This document shows, piece after piece, positions 1-9,861 of a stretch of 44,888 nucleotides of DNA. Origin of the DNA: a bacterium (GTDB taxonomy: Bacteria; Hinthialibacterota; Hinthialibacteria; Hinthialibacterales; Hinthialibacteraceae); the NCBI GenBank assembly GCA_041946805.1, contig JBHGBC010000029.1, forward strand, positions 1 to 44,888, given 5' to 3'. The translations under genes were made by a program, and so were the position numbers. A model generated the notes under the pieces. That model was not told where the DNA came from, did no database searches, and worked only from the letters and a program-made list of their open reading frames with translations. Positions within the stretch are counted from its first letter, which is position 1. The number at the start of each line of letters is the position of its first letter.

Positions 1-98
1 ATGTACAGGATGATCAAGATGGATGGGTTACGCGCCGTGCGCTAATCCATCCTGCCATTGTGAGGGAAAGTCCTAGTCCACGCAAAATCCTGCCGGTT

Positions 99-289
99 TT
101 AACTGTTTACTCCATTGCCGAGAACGTATGAATTTCGCTCCTTCAGGGCTACCCTCACCCAGACCCTCTTCCAGAGGGAGAGGGAATTATTCTTTTGGTC
201 ATCCTTTTCCCAGGGTTTACACCCTGGGCTATACTCCTGCCGCGCCGTTGGCGCTAAAAAAACAGCACTGCAAACCGGTAAACAGTTAC
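99..289 (+). mobile_element. MITE family 2, complete copy (191 bp)
   Basis: TIRs TTAACTGTTTAC / GTAAACAGTTAC (11/12); flanks TGCCGGTT / TGCCGATT (7/8); contains a BoxC-like core and a CCCAGGG..CCCTGGG palindrome. Confidence 0.7.
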
Positions 290-369
290 TGCCGATTGCA
301 ACTTGTAATCCAATGCCATTATCGGGAAAAATAGCGGCTCACCCGGAGATTTACCCTCTCATTTTCCTC

Positions 370-1755
370 TCACACCTGAAAATCCTCGGGATTAAAATCG
401 ATCTTCTCGCCTTTTTCCGCCGCCTCGTTGATTTTCAAAACGCAGACGGTCGTGACATACCCGGTTTCCGCCGGGCAGTTCAGTTTTTCCTTGCCGCGAA
501 TGGCGTTGAAGAAGTTCTCCAGGTGGGGTTTGTGGACCGGATCATTGAACTGCACGGGAAACGCGTAGCTGGGGGGAATCACAGTCTCCTGGACATCGAG
601 CACGGCATCGGATTTCGGCTTCTCTTTTTCTTTTGCTTTCTGTTCCAGGCTTTCTTTCGTTTCGGCCAGGATGCCCAGTTTCTGCCATTTGTCCCAATCG
701 GGGGCGGCGGGCTCGCGGTAAACCTTGCAGCGGCTGGCGACTTCGGAGAGGCTCAAGGTTCCCTGGTCGCCCATGAGAGTCTCGTAATAGCCGTAGTTGC
801 TGTTGCAGGAAAGCGTCTGATAGAGCGCGCGGACCGGTTTGCCGTTCGGGTTGAACTCCGCGATGGTCATCAAGGTGTCAAACCACTCGTGGGTTTTGGC
901 GTCGTAATAATCGGTGCCGCCGCTGGCCAGGACGGATTGCGGAGGGCGGTTGAAAAACCAGTTGAAGACGTCGAGCTGATGCGAACCGAGTTCCGCCAGC
1001 GGGCCGCCGCCCAGGTTCTTGTACCATTGCCAGTTGCGGAATTGCTGCATCGACTGGAAGCCGTACCGGTTCAGCGTGGCGTCATCGAGGGGGGCGCGCT
1101 TGGGCCAACCGCGATCGGGCTGGACGGGGCGGTTCCACTGGCCGTTGGCCGCCGTGAGCGTGCCCAGCAGTTTGGTTTCGTTCATGATGTGGTCGTAGCA
1201 GTAGCGGTACCAGGGATTGCTGCGGCGCTGGAAACCGATCTGCAGGGGTTTCCCGGTTTCCTTGGCCGCCTGGACCATCTGCTTCGCGCCCTCGAGGGTG
1301 TTGGACATGGGGGTTTCGCAATAAACCGGCAGGCCGGCCTTCAGGCAGGCCACGGTCTGTTCGGCGTGGCAGAAGTCGGGCGTGGCGATGAGCACGGCGT
1401 CCAGGCCCTTCTCGTTGGCCAGGAGGTCTTGGTAATTCGCGTAGGTTTTGTGTTCCTGCTGGAAGCCCGTGAGGATGCGGGAGGCTTGCTGGAGGTTGTA
1501 GTTCTCCCAGATATCGCAAACCGCCGGGAATTTGATACCCGGGATCTTGAGGGCCGCGTTGAGCAGCGCCTGGCCTTGCGTGCCTGCTCCGATCAGGGCC
1601 ACCCGCAGGTCTCCCGCGGTGGAGGGGGCTGTCTCGCCGGACGTCCGCGTGGCCAGGACCAGGCCGCCGCCCGCGGCCACGGTGGAGCGCAAAAATCCCC
1701 GCCTGTCATAGGTACGGCTAGGTTTGGTTTCGTTCACGGTATTGTATCGCTCCAA
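370..1755 (-). CDS. Tat-exported Gfo/Idh/MocA family oxidoreductase
   Basis: Twin-arginine signal YDRRGFLR; Rossmann VALIGAGTQG; DAVLIATPDFCH; CETP (EKP variant); GGPLAELGSHQLD. The start may be GTG at 1737. Confidence 0.9.
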   Translation of the reverse strand: MERYNTVNETKPSRTYDRRGFLRSTVAAGGGLVLATRTSGETAPSTAGDLRVALIGAGTQGQALLNAALKIPGIKFPAVCDIWENYNLQQASRILTGFQQEHKTYANYQDLLANEKGLDAVLIATPDFCHAEQTVACLKAGLPVYCETPMSNTLEGAKQMVQAAKETGKPLQIGFQRRSNPWYRYCYDHIMNETKLLGTLTAANGQWNRPVQPDRGWPKRAPLDDATLNRYGFQSMQQFRNWQWYKNLGGGPLAELGSHQLDVFNWFFNRPPQSVLASGGTDYYDAKTHEWFDTLMTIAEFNPNGKPVRALYQTLSCNSNYGYYETLMGDQGTLSLSEVASRCKVYREPAAPDWDKWQKLGILAETKESLEQKAKEKEKPKSDAVLDVQETVIPPSYAFPVQFNDPVHKPHLENFFNAIRGKEKLNCPAETGYVTTVCVLKINEAAEKGEKIDFNPEDFQV

Positions 1756-1793
1756 CAGATAGAATTATGAAAATCAGGAAATTATGTATTTTT

Positions 1794-1967
1794 GGTTTAT
1801 CCCGTATACGAGTGTAATCCGGGCGGACACCTAGGTCCGCCCCTACGGGTTTTCCTCACCCTATCCCTCTCCCCTCGGGAGAGGAACTTTGGGGGTGTTT
1901 TTCATCGATCACTCCAAAGAGAAGGAAGGCGGCCATCTGAACAGATTTCGCACTTGCCGGATGAACC
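1794..1967 (+). repeat. MITE family 1 copy with a degenerate left end (GTAG REP + BoxC-like core + right TIR)
   Basis: GGGCGGACACCTAGGTCCGCCCCTAC, core at 1854-1884, right TIR CGCACTTGCCGGATGAACC. Confidence 0.7.
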
Positions 1968-2003
1968 AGAACAATCAAGCCATTATGAGGGGAGGAGGGA
2001 AGT

Positions 2004-2969
2004 TCACGCAAGCCATGGACGCTCGCGCTTCAAGGTTCCGGCGAGGATTTTCTTGGCGATGATCACATCCTCCGTGACTTGGAAGTCGAACATGCCCGCG
2101 CAGATGAAGTCCGCGCCCTTTTCGTAGGCGTACAAAAATCCTTCTTGCGGATGGATCGCCCCCGCGCCGAGGACTTTGTAGGCGATCCACGGCTTTTTGA
2201 CGTTTTTCATGAAGGCGATGGTCTCGTCCGGTGTCTCTTCCCAAACGCTGTCGAGACGGGGCATGGGCCCGGCGGACCAGTAATTCTTGGCGTTGAGGGT
2301 TTTCATGTAGAAGTCGATATTCAGTCCCGCCTGCTCGTAAGCCATGACGGTCTTCAGATTGTGTCCCGCCACGCCGCTCAGCACGCCCCGTTTTTTGATG
2401 TGCTCCACCGCCTTGGCAATGGTGTCCACCTGGCCTTTTTCCACGCATTCATCCCCATCGCCGCCGTGGATGTAGACCGCCACCGCTCCGGCGTCCACGG
2501 CCTGATCGATGTCCAGCGTGAGATTGGCGGGTGGAATTTTGGCCTGGGCGATCCACTGGATTTGCCCGCCCCGCTCGGAACGGTACTTTTCCCAAATCCG
2601 CAGCGTATGGGTGTCCACGCGCAGGATAGCCGTGTTGATGCCTTGTTCCTCGCACAGCTCCAGGGTATCGCAGACCTTGTCGTCGGTGAAATACTGTTTG
2701 AGCAGGGAGGAAACATAAATCAAATCGCGGCTGTGGGCGAATCCGCTGATCAGGTTGCCCCCGCAAATCAGCCGGCTCACAGTCAGGTGACCGAGTTTGC
2801 CCGTGGGGAATTCGCCGGTCCCCGGGGAGGGTTTGGCGGGGGCGGGGGATTCCCCGGCCTGGGCCAGCAAGGCTTTTTCCTCGAATGGCCAAGCCAACGC
2901 CGCCGCGCCCGTCGAAACCAGGGCCGATTGTTTCAGAAAGCCTCGCCGGTCAATGGATTTTTCCGCCAT
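2004..2969 (-). CDS. Tat-exported aldo/keto-reductase-like TIM-barrel protein, paralog 4 of the tandem array
   Basis: IDRRGFLK signal; family motifs SRLICGGNLISGFAHSRDLIYVS, GINT, KPWIAYKVLGAG, GADFICAGMFDFQ; RBS AGGAGG. Confidence 0.75.
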   Translation of the reverse strand: MAEKSIDRRGFLKQSALVSTGAAALAWPFEEKALLAQAGESPAPAKPSPGTGEFPTGKLGHLTVSRLICGGNLISGFAHSRDLIYVSSLLKQYFTDDKVCDTLELCEEQGINTAILRVDTHTLRIWEKYRSERGGQIQWIAQAKIPPANLTLDIDQAVDAGAVAVYIHGGDGDECVEKGQVDTIAKAVEHIKKRGVLSGVAGHNLKTVMAYEQAGLNIDFYMKTLNAKNYWSAGPMPRLDSVWEETPDETIAFMKNVKKPWIAYKVLGAGAIHPQEGFLYAYEKGADFICAGMFDFQVTEDVIIAKKILAGTLKRERPWLA

Positions 2970-3017
2970 GGCGCACCTCCTGCCTTTTCTCCGCGTTGGG
3001 TGAATTGTAAAGAACTA

Positions 3018-4034
3018 TCACGCCATCCAGGGGCGGGGGCGTTTGTCGTTCAAGCCGGGATCGCCGAGGATTTTCTTGGCGATGATCACGTTCTCGACCA
3101 GTTGGAAGTCGAACATGCCCGCGCAGACGAAATCCGCCCCGTTTTCGAAGGCGTATTGGAAGCCGGTCTCCGGCCGGATGGCGCCCGCCGCCATGACCTT
3201 GAAGGCGATCCAGGGCTTCTTGAGGGATTTCATGTATTCGATGGTCTCGGCGGGATTGAGGCACCAGATGTTGTCGTGGAACTCGTTGTGATCGTTGGTT
3301 TCCCCTTGGAACCAGCAGAATTCCTTGCGGTTTTCCTTGGGCGTGGCCGACCAGTATTGGTCCGGATGGATGGTTTTCACCCAGAAGTCGGGATCGAAGC
3401 CCGCTTTGACACAAGCCTTGACGGTTTCCAGGCTGTGCGCTCCCAATCCGCCGGGGACGCCCTGCTGCTTGATGAAGTCCAGCGCCTCGCCGAGCAGTTC
3501 GATCTTGCCGTTCATGACCGCCTGGTCCGCCAGGCCGCCCTGGACGTACACGGCGTGCGCGCCGTTGTCGATCGAGCGTTTGATCCCCGCGATGATGTTC
3601 TCCCCCCAGGCGCAATCGGAGAACCACAGAATCTGCCCGCCGCGTTCCTTCCAGTAGGCGTTGATCACCCGGTCCGAGCGGGGATTGGTGAGGACGGTGT
3701 TGATGCCGTTTTCCTCGGCCAGTTCGAGGGTGTCGAAGACCTTTTCGTCGGTGTGGTAGGCCTTGACCAGGTCGGACACGTAGATCAGGTCGCGGCTGTG
3801 CGCCCAGCCGCCGATGAGGTTGCCGCCGCAGAAGAGGCGGCTGACCTTGAGGTTCTTGATCTGGCCAAAGGGGATGGCGGGGCCCCCGGCGGCCGTGGGT
3901 TTTTCCGGAGCCGGTTCGGCCGCATGGGCGAGAAGGTGTTTTTCCTCGAAGCTGATACCCGCGGCGACTCCCGCGGAGGCGGCGATGGAGGTTTTCAAAA
4001 ACTTCCGGCGGTCGACAGGATGGTTCTGAGTCAT
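3018..4034 (-). CDS. Tat-exported aldo/keto-reductase-like protein, paralog 3
   Basis: VDRRKFLK signal; same family motifs; RBS AAGGAG upstream. Confidence 0.75.
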   Translation of the reverse strand: MTQNHPVDRRKFLKTSIAASAGVAAGISFEEKHLLAHAAEPAPEKPTAAGGPAIPFGQIKNLKVSRLFCGGNLIGGWAHSRDLIYVSDLVKAYHTDEKVFDTLELAEENGINTVLTNPRSDRVINAYWKERGGQILWFSDCAWGENIIAGIKRSIDNGAHAVYVQGGLADQAVMNGKIELLGEALDFIKQQGVPGGLGAHSLETVKACVKAGFDPDFWVKTIHPDQYWSATPKENRKEFCWFQGETNDHNEFHDNIWCLNPAETIEYMKSLKKPWIAFKVMAAGAIRPETGFQYAFENGADFVCAGMFDFQLVENVIIAKKILGDPGLNDKRPRPWMA

Positions 4035-4059
4035 GAGTGTATCTCCTTGCGGTAACGGC

Positions 4060-5088
4060 TCAGGCGAGCCAGGGCCGCTCCCGGTTTAGATTTTCCGACA
4101 GGATTTTTTTCGCGATGATCGCGTTTTCGGTCACTTGGAAATCGAACATTCCGGCCAGGATGAAGTCAGCGCCCTTTTCGAAGGCATACCGGAAGCCCTC
4201 GCGGGGATGGATCGCGCCGGCCGCCAGGACCTTGTAGGCGATCCAGGGCTTCTTCACGGTCTTCATGAAGGCCGCCGTTTCTTCCGGGTTGACGCACCAC
4301 ATATTGTCATGGTCCTTGTTGTGATCGTCGTACTGTTGGATATCCACGTTGAATTCCACCCGGTGTTCCTTGGGCGTGGCGGACCAGTATTGATCATGAT
4401 GGAAGGTCTTGACGTAGAAATCGGGGTTGACGCCCGCTTTTTCGCAGGCCCTGGGGACATGCAGCGAATGGCCCGCGACTCCGGCGATGAGTCCGTTTTG
4501 TTTGATCTTCTCAACCGCCTGGGCGATCAGGTCCAGGCGCTGGTTTTTGGTCCAGGTGTCGCCCACGCCGCCCATCAAGAACGCGCCGGCCGCGCCCTGG
4601 TCCACGGCCATGGAGATCACCGTGTCGAGGTCGTCCGAGGCCGGCTGGCATTGGGCGATCCACTGGATCTTGCCGCCGCGTTCGTTCCAGTATTTGGAAA
4701 GGACTTCCGCGGTCCAGGTTTCGACCTCGCGGGTGCAGACGTTGGTCACGAGGGTGTTGATGCCGTTTTCCTCGCATTTTTCCAGCGTCTCGAAGATTTT
4801 TTCCGCCGTGAAGTAATTGCGCAGCAGGGTCGAGACGTAAATGAGGTCCCGCGAATGGGCATAGCCGCCGATCAGGTTCCCGCCGCAGATGATCCGGCTG
4901 ATGGATAATTTTCCGATTTGGCCCTGGGGCATCGCGTTCGCGCCGTCGGCCTCCGGGGGCGGGGAAGCCGGTTGCGTGGCTTGCGCCAGGAGGATTTTTT
5001 CTTCGAGGCTGACGGCGGCCGCCGCGCCCGCGGTGGTTAGCACGGATTTTTGCAAGAATCCCCGGCGGCTGACTGGTAGACCGGACAT
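4060..5088 (-). CDS. Tat-exported aldo/keto-reductase-like protein, paralog 2
   Basis: Start set at ATG 5088 (MSGLPVSRRGFLQK), preceded by AGGAGG; same family motifs. Confidence 0.75.
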   Translation of the reverse strand: MSGLPVSRRGFLQKSVLTTAGAAAAVSLEEKILLAQATQPASPPPEADGANAMPQGQIGKLSISRIICGGNLIGGYAHSRDLIYVSTLLRNYFTAEKIFETLEKCEENGINTLVTNVCTREVETWTAEVLSKYWNERGGKIQWIAQCQPASDDLDTVISMAVDQGAAGAFLMGGVGDTWTKNQRLDLIAQAVEKIKQNGLIAGVAGHSLHVPRACEKAGVNPDFYVKTFHHDQYWSATPKEHRVEFNVDIQQYDDHNKDHDNMWCVNPEETAAFMKTVKKPWIAYKVLAAGAIHPREGFRYAFEKGADFILAGMFDFQVTENAIIAKKILSENLNRERPWLA

Positions 5089-5176
5089 GGTGGTGATCCT
5101 CCTGGGTGGGTGAATTGTATGATGTACTCTGTCCATTCCATGTAAGGGCACGTTGTAACGCGCACTGGTAAACCAT

Positions 5177-5259
5177 CCTCACCCTGGCCCTCTCCCAGAG
5201 GGAGAGGGAATTCGCTGGCCAGGAGGGGTGATGGGTTACGCTTCGCTAACCCATCCTAC
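5177..5259 (+). repeat. BoxC-like core followed by a GTAG-type REP
   Basis: CCTCACCCTGGCCCTCTCCCAGAGGGAGAGGG and GATGGGTTACGCTTCGCTAACCCATCCTAC. Confidence 0.8.
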
Positions 5260-5343
5260 GAACTACCATCCCTGAATCCCCGCATTCGCGGGGCAGACAT
5301 CCTCGGATTACGGCTCTCAATCCCCTTCCGCGTCTTGATTCCC

Positions 5344-6279
5344 TCACGCGCACCAGGGGCGTTCCCGCTGTAAGTCTTGAGCGAGGACGTTGCGGGCGAT
5401 GACGGCGTTTTCGGTCACGTGGAAATCGCACATGCCCACGCAGACGAAATCCGCCCCATTCTTGAACGCGTAGGGGAACGCTTCGCGCGGATGAATCGCG
5501 CCGGCCGCCAGGGTCTTGAAGGCGATCCAGGGCTTCTTCACCGTCTTCATGAACGCGGCGGTTTCTTCCGGATTGATACACCAGATATTGTCGTGGTCCT
5601 TGCCATGCTCGGGGAACTGGGAGACGTCCACGTTGAATTCCAGCCGGTTTTCCTTGGGCGTCGCCGACCAGTACTGGTCATGGTGAAGGGTTTTCATGTA
5701 AAAATCGCAGGGAATCCCCTGTTTTTCCACCGTCATGGGGACCTGCAGCGAGTGCGCGCCGATGCCCGCCACCAGGCCGTTGGCTTTGATGAACTCCACC
5801 GCCTGAGCCAGCAAGTCCAGGCGGTTATGCAGGACCCAATTGTCCGCCACGCCGCCCTGGATGTAGATCGCGCAGGCCCCGTTGTCGATGGAGAGTTGCA
5901 GGTTGGTTTTGATGTCATCGACCTTGGGGTGTCCCTCGGCGATCCACTGCATGGTCCCGCCGCGTTCGTCCCAGAATTTGCGGATGACGCGCATGGGGCG
6001 TTCGCGGGGATCGGAGAGGAAGGTGTTGATGCCGTTTTCCTCGCAGAGGGCAAAGGTTTCGAGGACCTTTTCATCGGTGAAATACTGGCGGAACAACTCG
6101 GGGACGTACATCAAGTCGCGGCTGTGCGCCCAGCCGCTGATGAGGTTGCCCCCGCAGATGACGCGGCTGATGGTCAGGGGGCCGATTTTACCCGTGGGCA
6201 GCTTGGCGGCCGGGGTGTCCGGCGTGGCGGAAACCGCCGCTTGTTTCAGGAAACTCCCGCGATTGATGAGGCCGGGCAT
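5344..6279 (-). CDS. Aldo/keto-reductase-like protein, paralog 1, with degenerate Tat signal
   Basis: Start set at ATG 6279 (MPGLINRGSFLKQ) with GGAG upstream; same family motifs; RR changed to RG and the h-region is largely deleted. Confidence 0.75.
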   Translation of the reverse strand: MPGLINRGSFLKQAAVSATPDTPAAKLPTGKIGPLTISRVICGGNLISGWAHSRDLMYVPELFRQYFTDEKVLETFALCEENGINTFLSDPRERPMRVIRKFWDERGGTMQWIAEGHPKVDDIKTNLQLSIDNGACAIYIQGGVADNWVLHNRLDLLAQAVEFIKANGLVAGIGAHSLQVPMTVEKQGIPCDFYMKTLHHDQYWSATPKENRLEFNVDVSQFPEHGKDHDNIWCINPEETAAFMKTVKKPWIAFKTLAAGAIHPREAFPYAFKNGADFVCVGMCDFHVTENAVIARNVLAQDLQRERPWCA

Positions 6280-6507
6280 GATGTGATTCTCCATCTTATT
6301 CGAAAGCAATTCTGGAACCATTCCGTAAAGTTGGAAAATCATACCATGGATAGGCCAGAAAAGAAATACAAAATGACGTAGTCAGGGAAGAATCAGGAAA
6401 TTCCCGCGGATTGTCAGAGAACCGAGGATAAATTCCCATTGGATTACGCCGCGCTGGGAGCTCACCCTATATCCGCTACGTTCAAATCACTCTACATCTA
6501 TTCTGCT

Positions 6508-6631
6508 CCCTCGCCCTCTGGGAGAGGGCCGGGGTGAGGGAAAACCTCTTCGCAGTGATGTGACCTTTCTGTCGTTATTTCTACGTAATGAGCCTTTGGT
6601 GGGTTACGCGCTGCGGGCTAACCCACCCTAC
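6508..6631. repeat. Inverted BoxC-like core (6508-6540) and GTAG-type REP (6598-6631)
   Basis: Reverse complement reads CCCTCACCCCGGCCCTCTCCCAGAGGGCGAGGG; GGTGGGTTACGCGCTGCGGGCTAACCCACCCTAC. Confidence 0.8.
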
Positions 6632-6649
6632 ATCCTCTACCCTCAACCC

Positions 6650-9600
6650 TCAAATTTTGGCCCGTGATGCTTGGGCGCGCGTGATTACATCCATTTCCTC
6701 CAGGGGATTGGCGGGATGATGCGACAGGCACATGGGAACTTGGATTTTCCAGGGCGCGGAAGGTATTTCGCTGTTGAGGAGTTCCGAATGAACATAAAAC
6801 CGTCCGGCGCCCATCCGGCTGATGTCCTGTCCGGAACCGCCCTTATTGTGGAGGAGATCGGTCACGGTTTCGATCTCCGCGGGAGAGTTCGCCTGCCCGT
6901 AAAAATGCGTCGTACAATTGGCGATGAGGTTGTGGTCGATCGACTTGGGGGCCTGCGTGGCGAAGAGGAGGCCCAATCCGTATTTGCGCGCCTGGGCGGT
7001 GAGGCGGATCAGGCTTTCCTTGCATGGGGATGATCTCCCTGAAGGCACGTAGTCTTTCGCCTCGTCCAGGACCAGCAAACCCCGCAGGGGGATTCCCTCG
7101 CGGGCGGGATTCTGCTTGATCCAGGTGAAGAGGGCCATCGCCAGCTGGTTCAAAAACAATTGTTGGCCTTCCTGGGCGGGGAGGCCGATGAAGTTGATCA
7201 CCGACACGTGCGTTTTTCCAGAAGTGTTAGGCCATCCCAAAAGGATCGAGGGATCCAACGGGGGGCCGCCGGGTTTGAGCAGCGGATTGGTGATCATGGC
7301 GGCCTTCAGTAGATCGGCCATCTCCAGGGCGAGTTTGGGGGCATCGGTGATTCCCCCGCCCGCCTCGGGGGGGAGATCGGCGAGCAAAGTCACAAACACC
7401 TCCAGCCCCTGTCCGTTATGGCGGGCGAAATATTCCAACGCCGCGCCGAGAACCCCGGCTTTTTTCTGCGCCTTGACCGAGGAGCCTTGCAGCAGGACAT
7501 CGCGCAGCGCCTCCCGCGCCATCTCCACCGCCTGCGCCAATTCCTCCGGATCATCCTTTACGGCGGCCAGGTCGGGCAAAAGTGATAAACACAGCGGCTG
7601 GCCGCTGTCCCGCCCCGGCGTCCAGACCGCCACGCCGGTATTGTCAAAATACGCCTTCGCTTTTTGGTGATCGTCCGCGCTCCAGGAATCGGGCGGCTGG
7701 GGCCAGGGATCGCCCAGGCGCGCCAGGTCGTTGGCCGCGTCGATGACGATGGAGGGCACGCCCAGCAAAGCGGCTTCTTCCACCATCCGCCGCACCAGGA
7801 CGGTTTTTCCCGAACCGCTGCCCGCCAGGATCACCGCGTGTTTCGCCAAAGCCTTAAGCGGCAGGTTGACCGGAATGGGGGGCTGGCCGGGGATGATCCG
7901 CGATCCCAAGAACAACTCCGTGGGCTGAATAGGGTTTTCGATTTCGGGTGGAGTCCCGGGGGGCGTGGATTTCGACCGATCCTCCCGCCGGGAAGAGGGC
8001 GGCATGGTTCCGGTTGCTACACCGCCCAGCCCCAGGTTCCGGCGCAGCCATTGGGCCGCGTCCTGGAACAGAGGCAAAGACGAGACCGGCCGGCGGGCAG
8101 CCAGCCAATTGTCCCAATCCTCCAGCCGTTCGGCTTCCATTTTCCGCAAGGCGCGGAGGGCTTTCCAATCCGCATCCGTGGGGCGAAGGAAACAACCTCC
8201 CTTATCCAAGAATTCTTGCGTGAGACGTTGGGTGGCCGGACCGTGGGGGGGTGCGTCCGGGCGGAGGATGACCAGTTTCCGGAAGCTCAGATGGCGGTCA
8301 ATTCCGGACGCGGCCATCGCCGCGCGCAGGCGGTTTTGATAGGCCGTGGCGTTGGCGCGCAACAACACCCGGAGGCCGTAGTGCTCTTCGCGGTCGCCCT
8401 CGTCGCGGTACACCAGGCGGATCCGGGCATGGAGGGAGGGATAGTTGTGCTCACCGGTGACGCTTTGGTCGATGAGCACATCGATCCGCCCGGGGATTTC
8501 GTGTTCCTTGAGCAGCCAGCGGCAGACGTCCACGAGTAAGGCGCCGGCCTCGGTGTCCTCGCCCGATTCGTCCATGAGGCCGGAGGCGGATTCCCGCAGG
8601 CGTCCGAAGGAGGAATCGAGGGGGTGGGCGGCAGTGACCACCTGAGGCGCGGGGCGCTGGTCTTCGAGATCGAAACTCTGGACCTCAAACACTGCATTTT
8701 GGTCCAAAAACTTCCGCCGGATCCTGTAGCATTTTTGCAGGACCGCCCGGGGAGTCAGGCCGACCACACGGTCAAACGCTTCCGGTTTAAATGGCCAGGA
8801 GGGATAGGGAGGCGTGAACCGGCATCGGTGGTACGCCTCCTCCAGCCGCTGGCGGACGAGCTGTTCGGCCAGTTGGCGATTTTCAATATCTCTCAAGAGA
8901 TCAGGCGAGCGGTACCGGTGCATGGCGGAGGCAATCGCTTTTTGAGAAAGAACATCCCAAGTCTGAGCCAAACAGGAAACTAAAATAAGTGATTTGCATG
9001 TGGAATCAAACAGGGCGCTCAATCCTCCCGCAATGTTCTGAATGATGGCCAGCGAGGTTTTTTGTTCCTCGTTCAAATTGGCTTCATTCCCCGATCCACT
9101 TGCCAAATGATGGCGCTTGACAATGGCGTCCAGCTGATCGAGGGCCAATAATGTAGCACCTCCCACGCTCATGATCCACGAGAGAGCCTTTATGATTTCA
9201 AAAGGCTTCTGCCGGGGATGCCGGAAATGCAGCCGGTTTCTTTCGGTGGGATCCAAATCGAAACCGATCAGGTAAGCATAGCCGGCTTCTTGGATGGGGA
9301 TTTCGTTGGAATGGAAATAGAACAAAGCGCGCAGCGCATCTTGATAGGGCAGCATATCCCGGCCAAATTTCCGGAGGGCGCTGCTGATAATCAAATCCAC
9401 TTCCTGGATTAACATCCCTTCCCGCAGATTGGCTAACCGGTGAAGGGATTTGTTCAATCCCAGGGAAAACAAAAACATTTCCAAAACGGCCTGGTGTTGC
9501 TGTTTGTTGGGGGAATAAGACGCCTGCAGCGAATCGATGTACCCCATCAGCACGGTTTCGTCGAAATCCCGCACGCCGGTCATATCCACCAACACAAACC

Positions 9601-9856
9601 ATTGGTTGATTCGAAATACTTCCTTCCGGAGGGACCTCAATAGATGCGTTTTTCCCGCGCCCGCGATGCCTATCATCACCCGCCCGAGGGGTGAGTGCGA
9701 GTGTGGACGCCGGTGAAGGGAGAAAACTTCATCGAGAATATCTTTCTTTAATTCCTTATGTAAATCAGGAACATCATAGAGGGGATCTTCGAGTACACTT
9801 TTGAGATGCAGTGTCCAGTCGAAATCGACTTCCTTGAGCACATCCAATGCGTTCAT
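6650..9856 (-). CDS. Double P-loop protein: N-terminal AAA+-type ATPase fused to a C-terminal HerA/FtsK-like (DUF87-type) ATPase
   Basis: First domain: Walker A GIAGAGKT, Walker B LLALDQLD. Second domain: Walker A AGSGSGKT, Walker B LLVLDEAKD and the HerA signature ARKYGLGLLFATQAP. Confidence 0.85.
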   Translation of the reverse strand: MNALDVLKEVDFDWTLHLKSVLEDPLYDVPDLHKELKKDILDEVFSLHRRPHSHSPLGRVMIGIAGAGKTHLLRSLRKEVFRINQWFVLVDMTGVRDFDETVLMGYIDSLQASYSPNKQQHQAVLEMFLFSLGLNKSLHRLANLREGMLIQEVDLIISSALRKFGRDMLPYQDALRALFYFHSNEIPIQEAGYAYLIGFDLDPTERNRLHFRHPRQKPFEIIKALSWIMSVGGATLLALDQLDAIVKRHHLASGSGNEANLNEEQKTSLAIIQNIAGGLSALFDSTCKSLILVSCLAQTWDVLSQKAIASAMHRYRSPDLLRDIENRQLAEQLVRQRLEEAYHRCRFTPPYPSWPFKPEAFDRVVGLTPRAVLQKCYRIRRKFLDQNAVFEVQSFDLEDQRPAPQVVTAAHPLDSSFGRLRESASGLMDESGEDTEAGALLVDVCRWLLKEHEIPGRIDVLIDQSVTGEHNYPSLHARIRLVYRDEGDREEHYGLRVLLRANATAYQNRLRAAMAASGIDRHLSFRKLVILRPDAPPHGPATQRLTQEFLDKGGCFLRPTDADWKALRALRKMEAERLEDWDNWLAARRPVSSLPLFQDAAQWLRRNLGLGGVATGTMPPSSRREDRSKSTPPGTPPEIENPIQPTELFLGSRIIPGQPPIPVNLPLKALAKHAVILAGSGSGKTVLVRRMVEEAALLGVPSIVIDAANDLARLGDPWPQPPDSWSADDHQKAKAYFDNTGVAVWTPGRDSGQPLCLSLLPDLAAVKDDPEELAQAVEMAREALRDVLLQGSSVKAQKKAGVLGAALEYFARHNGQGLEVFVTLLADLPPEAGGGITDAPKLALEMADLLKAAMITNPLLKPGGPPLDPSILLGWPNTSGKTHVSVINFIGLPAQEGQQLFLNQLAMALFTWIKQNPAREGIPLRGLLVLDEAKDYVPSGRSSPCKESLIRLTAQARKYGLGLLFATQAPKSIDHNLIANCTTHFYGQANSPAEIETVTDLLHNKGGSGQDISRMGAGRFYVHSELLNSEIPSAPWKIQVPMCLSHHPANPLEEMDVITRAQASRAKI

Positions 9857-9861
9857 CGGCC

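Noticed and set aside
2004..6279. Diversity-generating retroelement or cassette switching among the four paralogs
   Set aside because: No reverse transcriptase or recombinase; differences are spread across the genes and not adenine-specific.
115..6381. Long plus-strand ORFs (115..1770, 2079..4055, 4135..4908, 5377..6381)
   Set aside because: Antisense shadows of motif-bearing minus-strand genes, expected from high GC3; no recognisable motifs.
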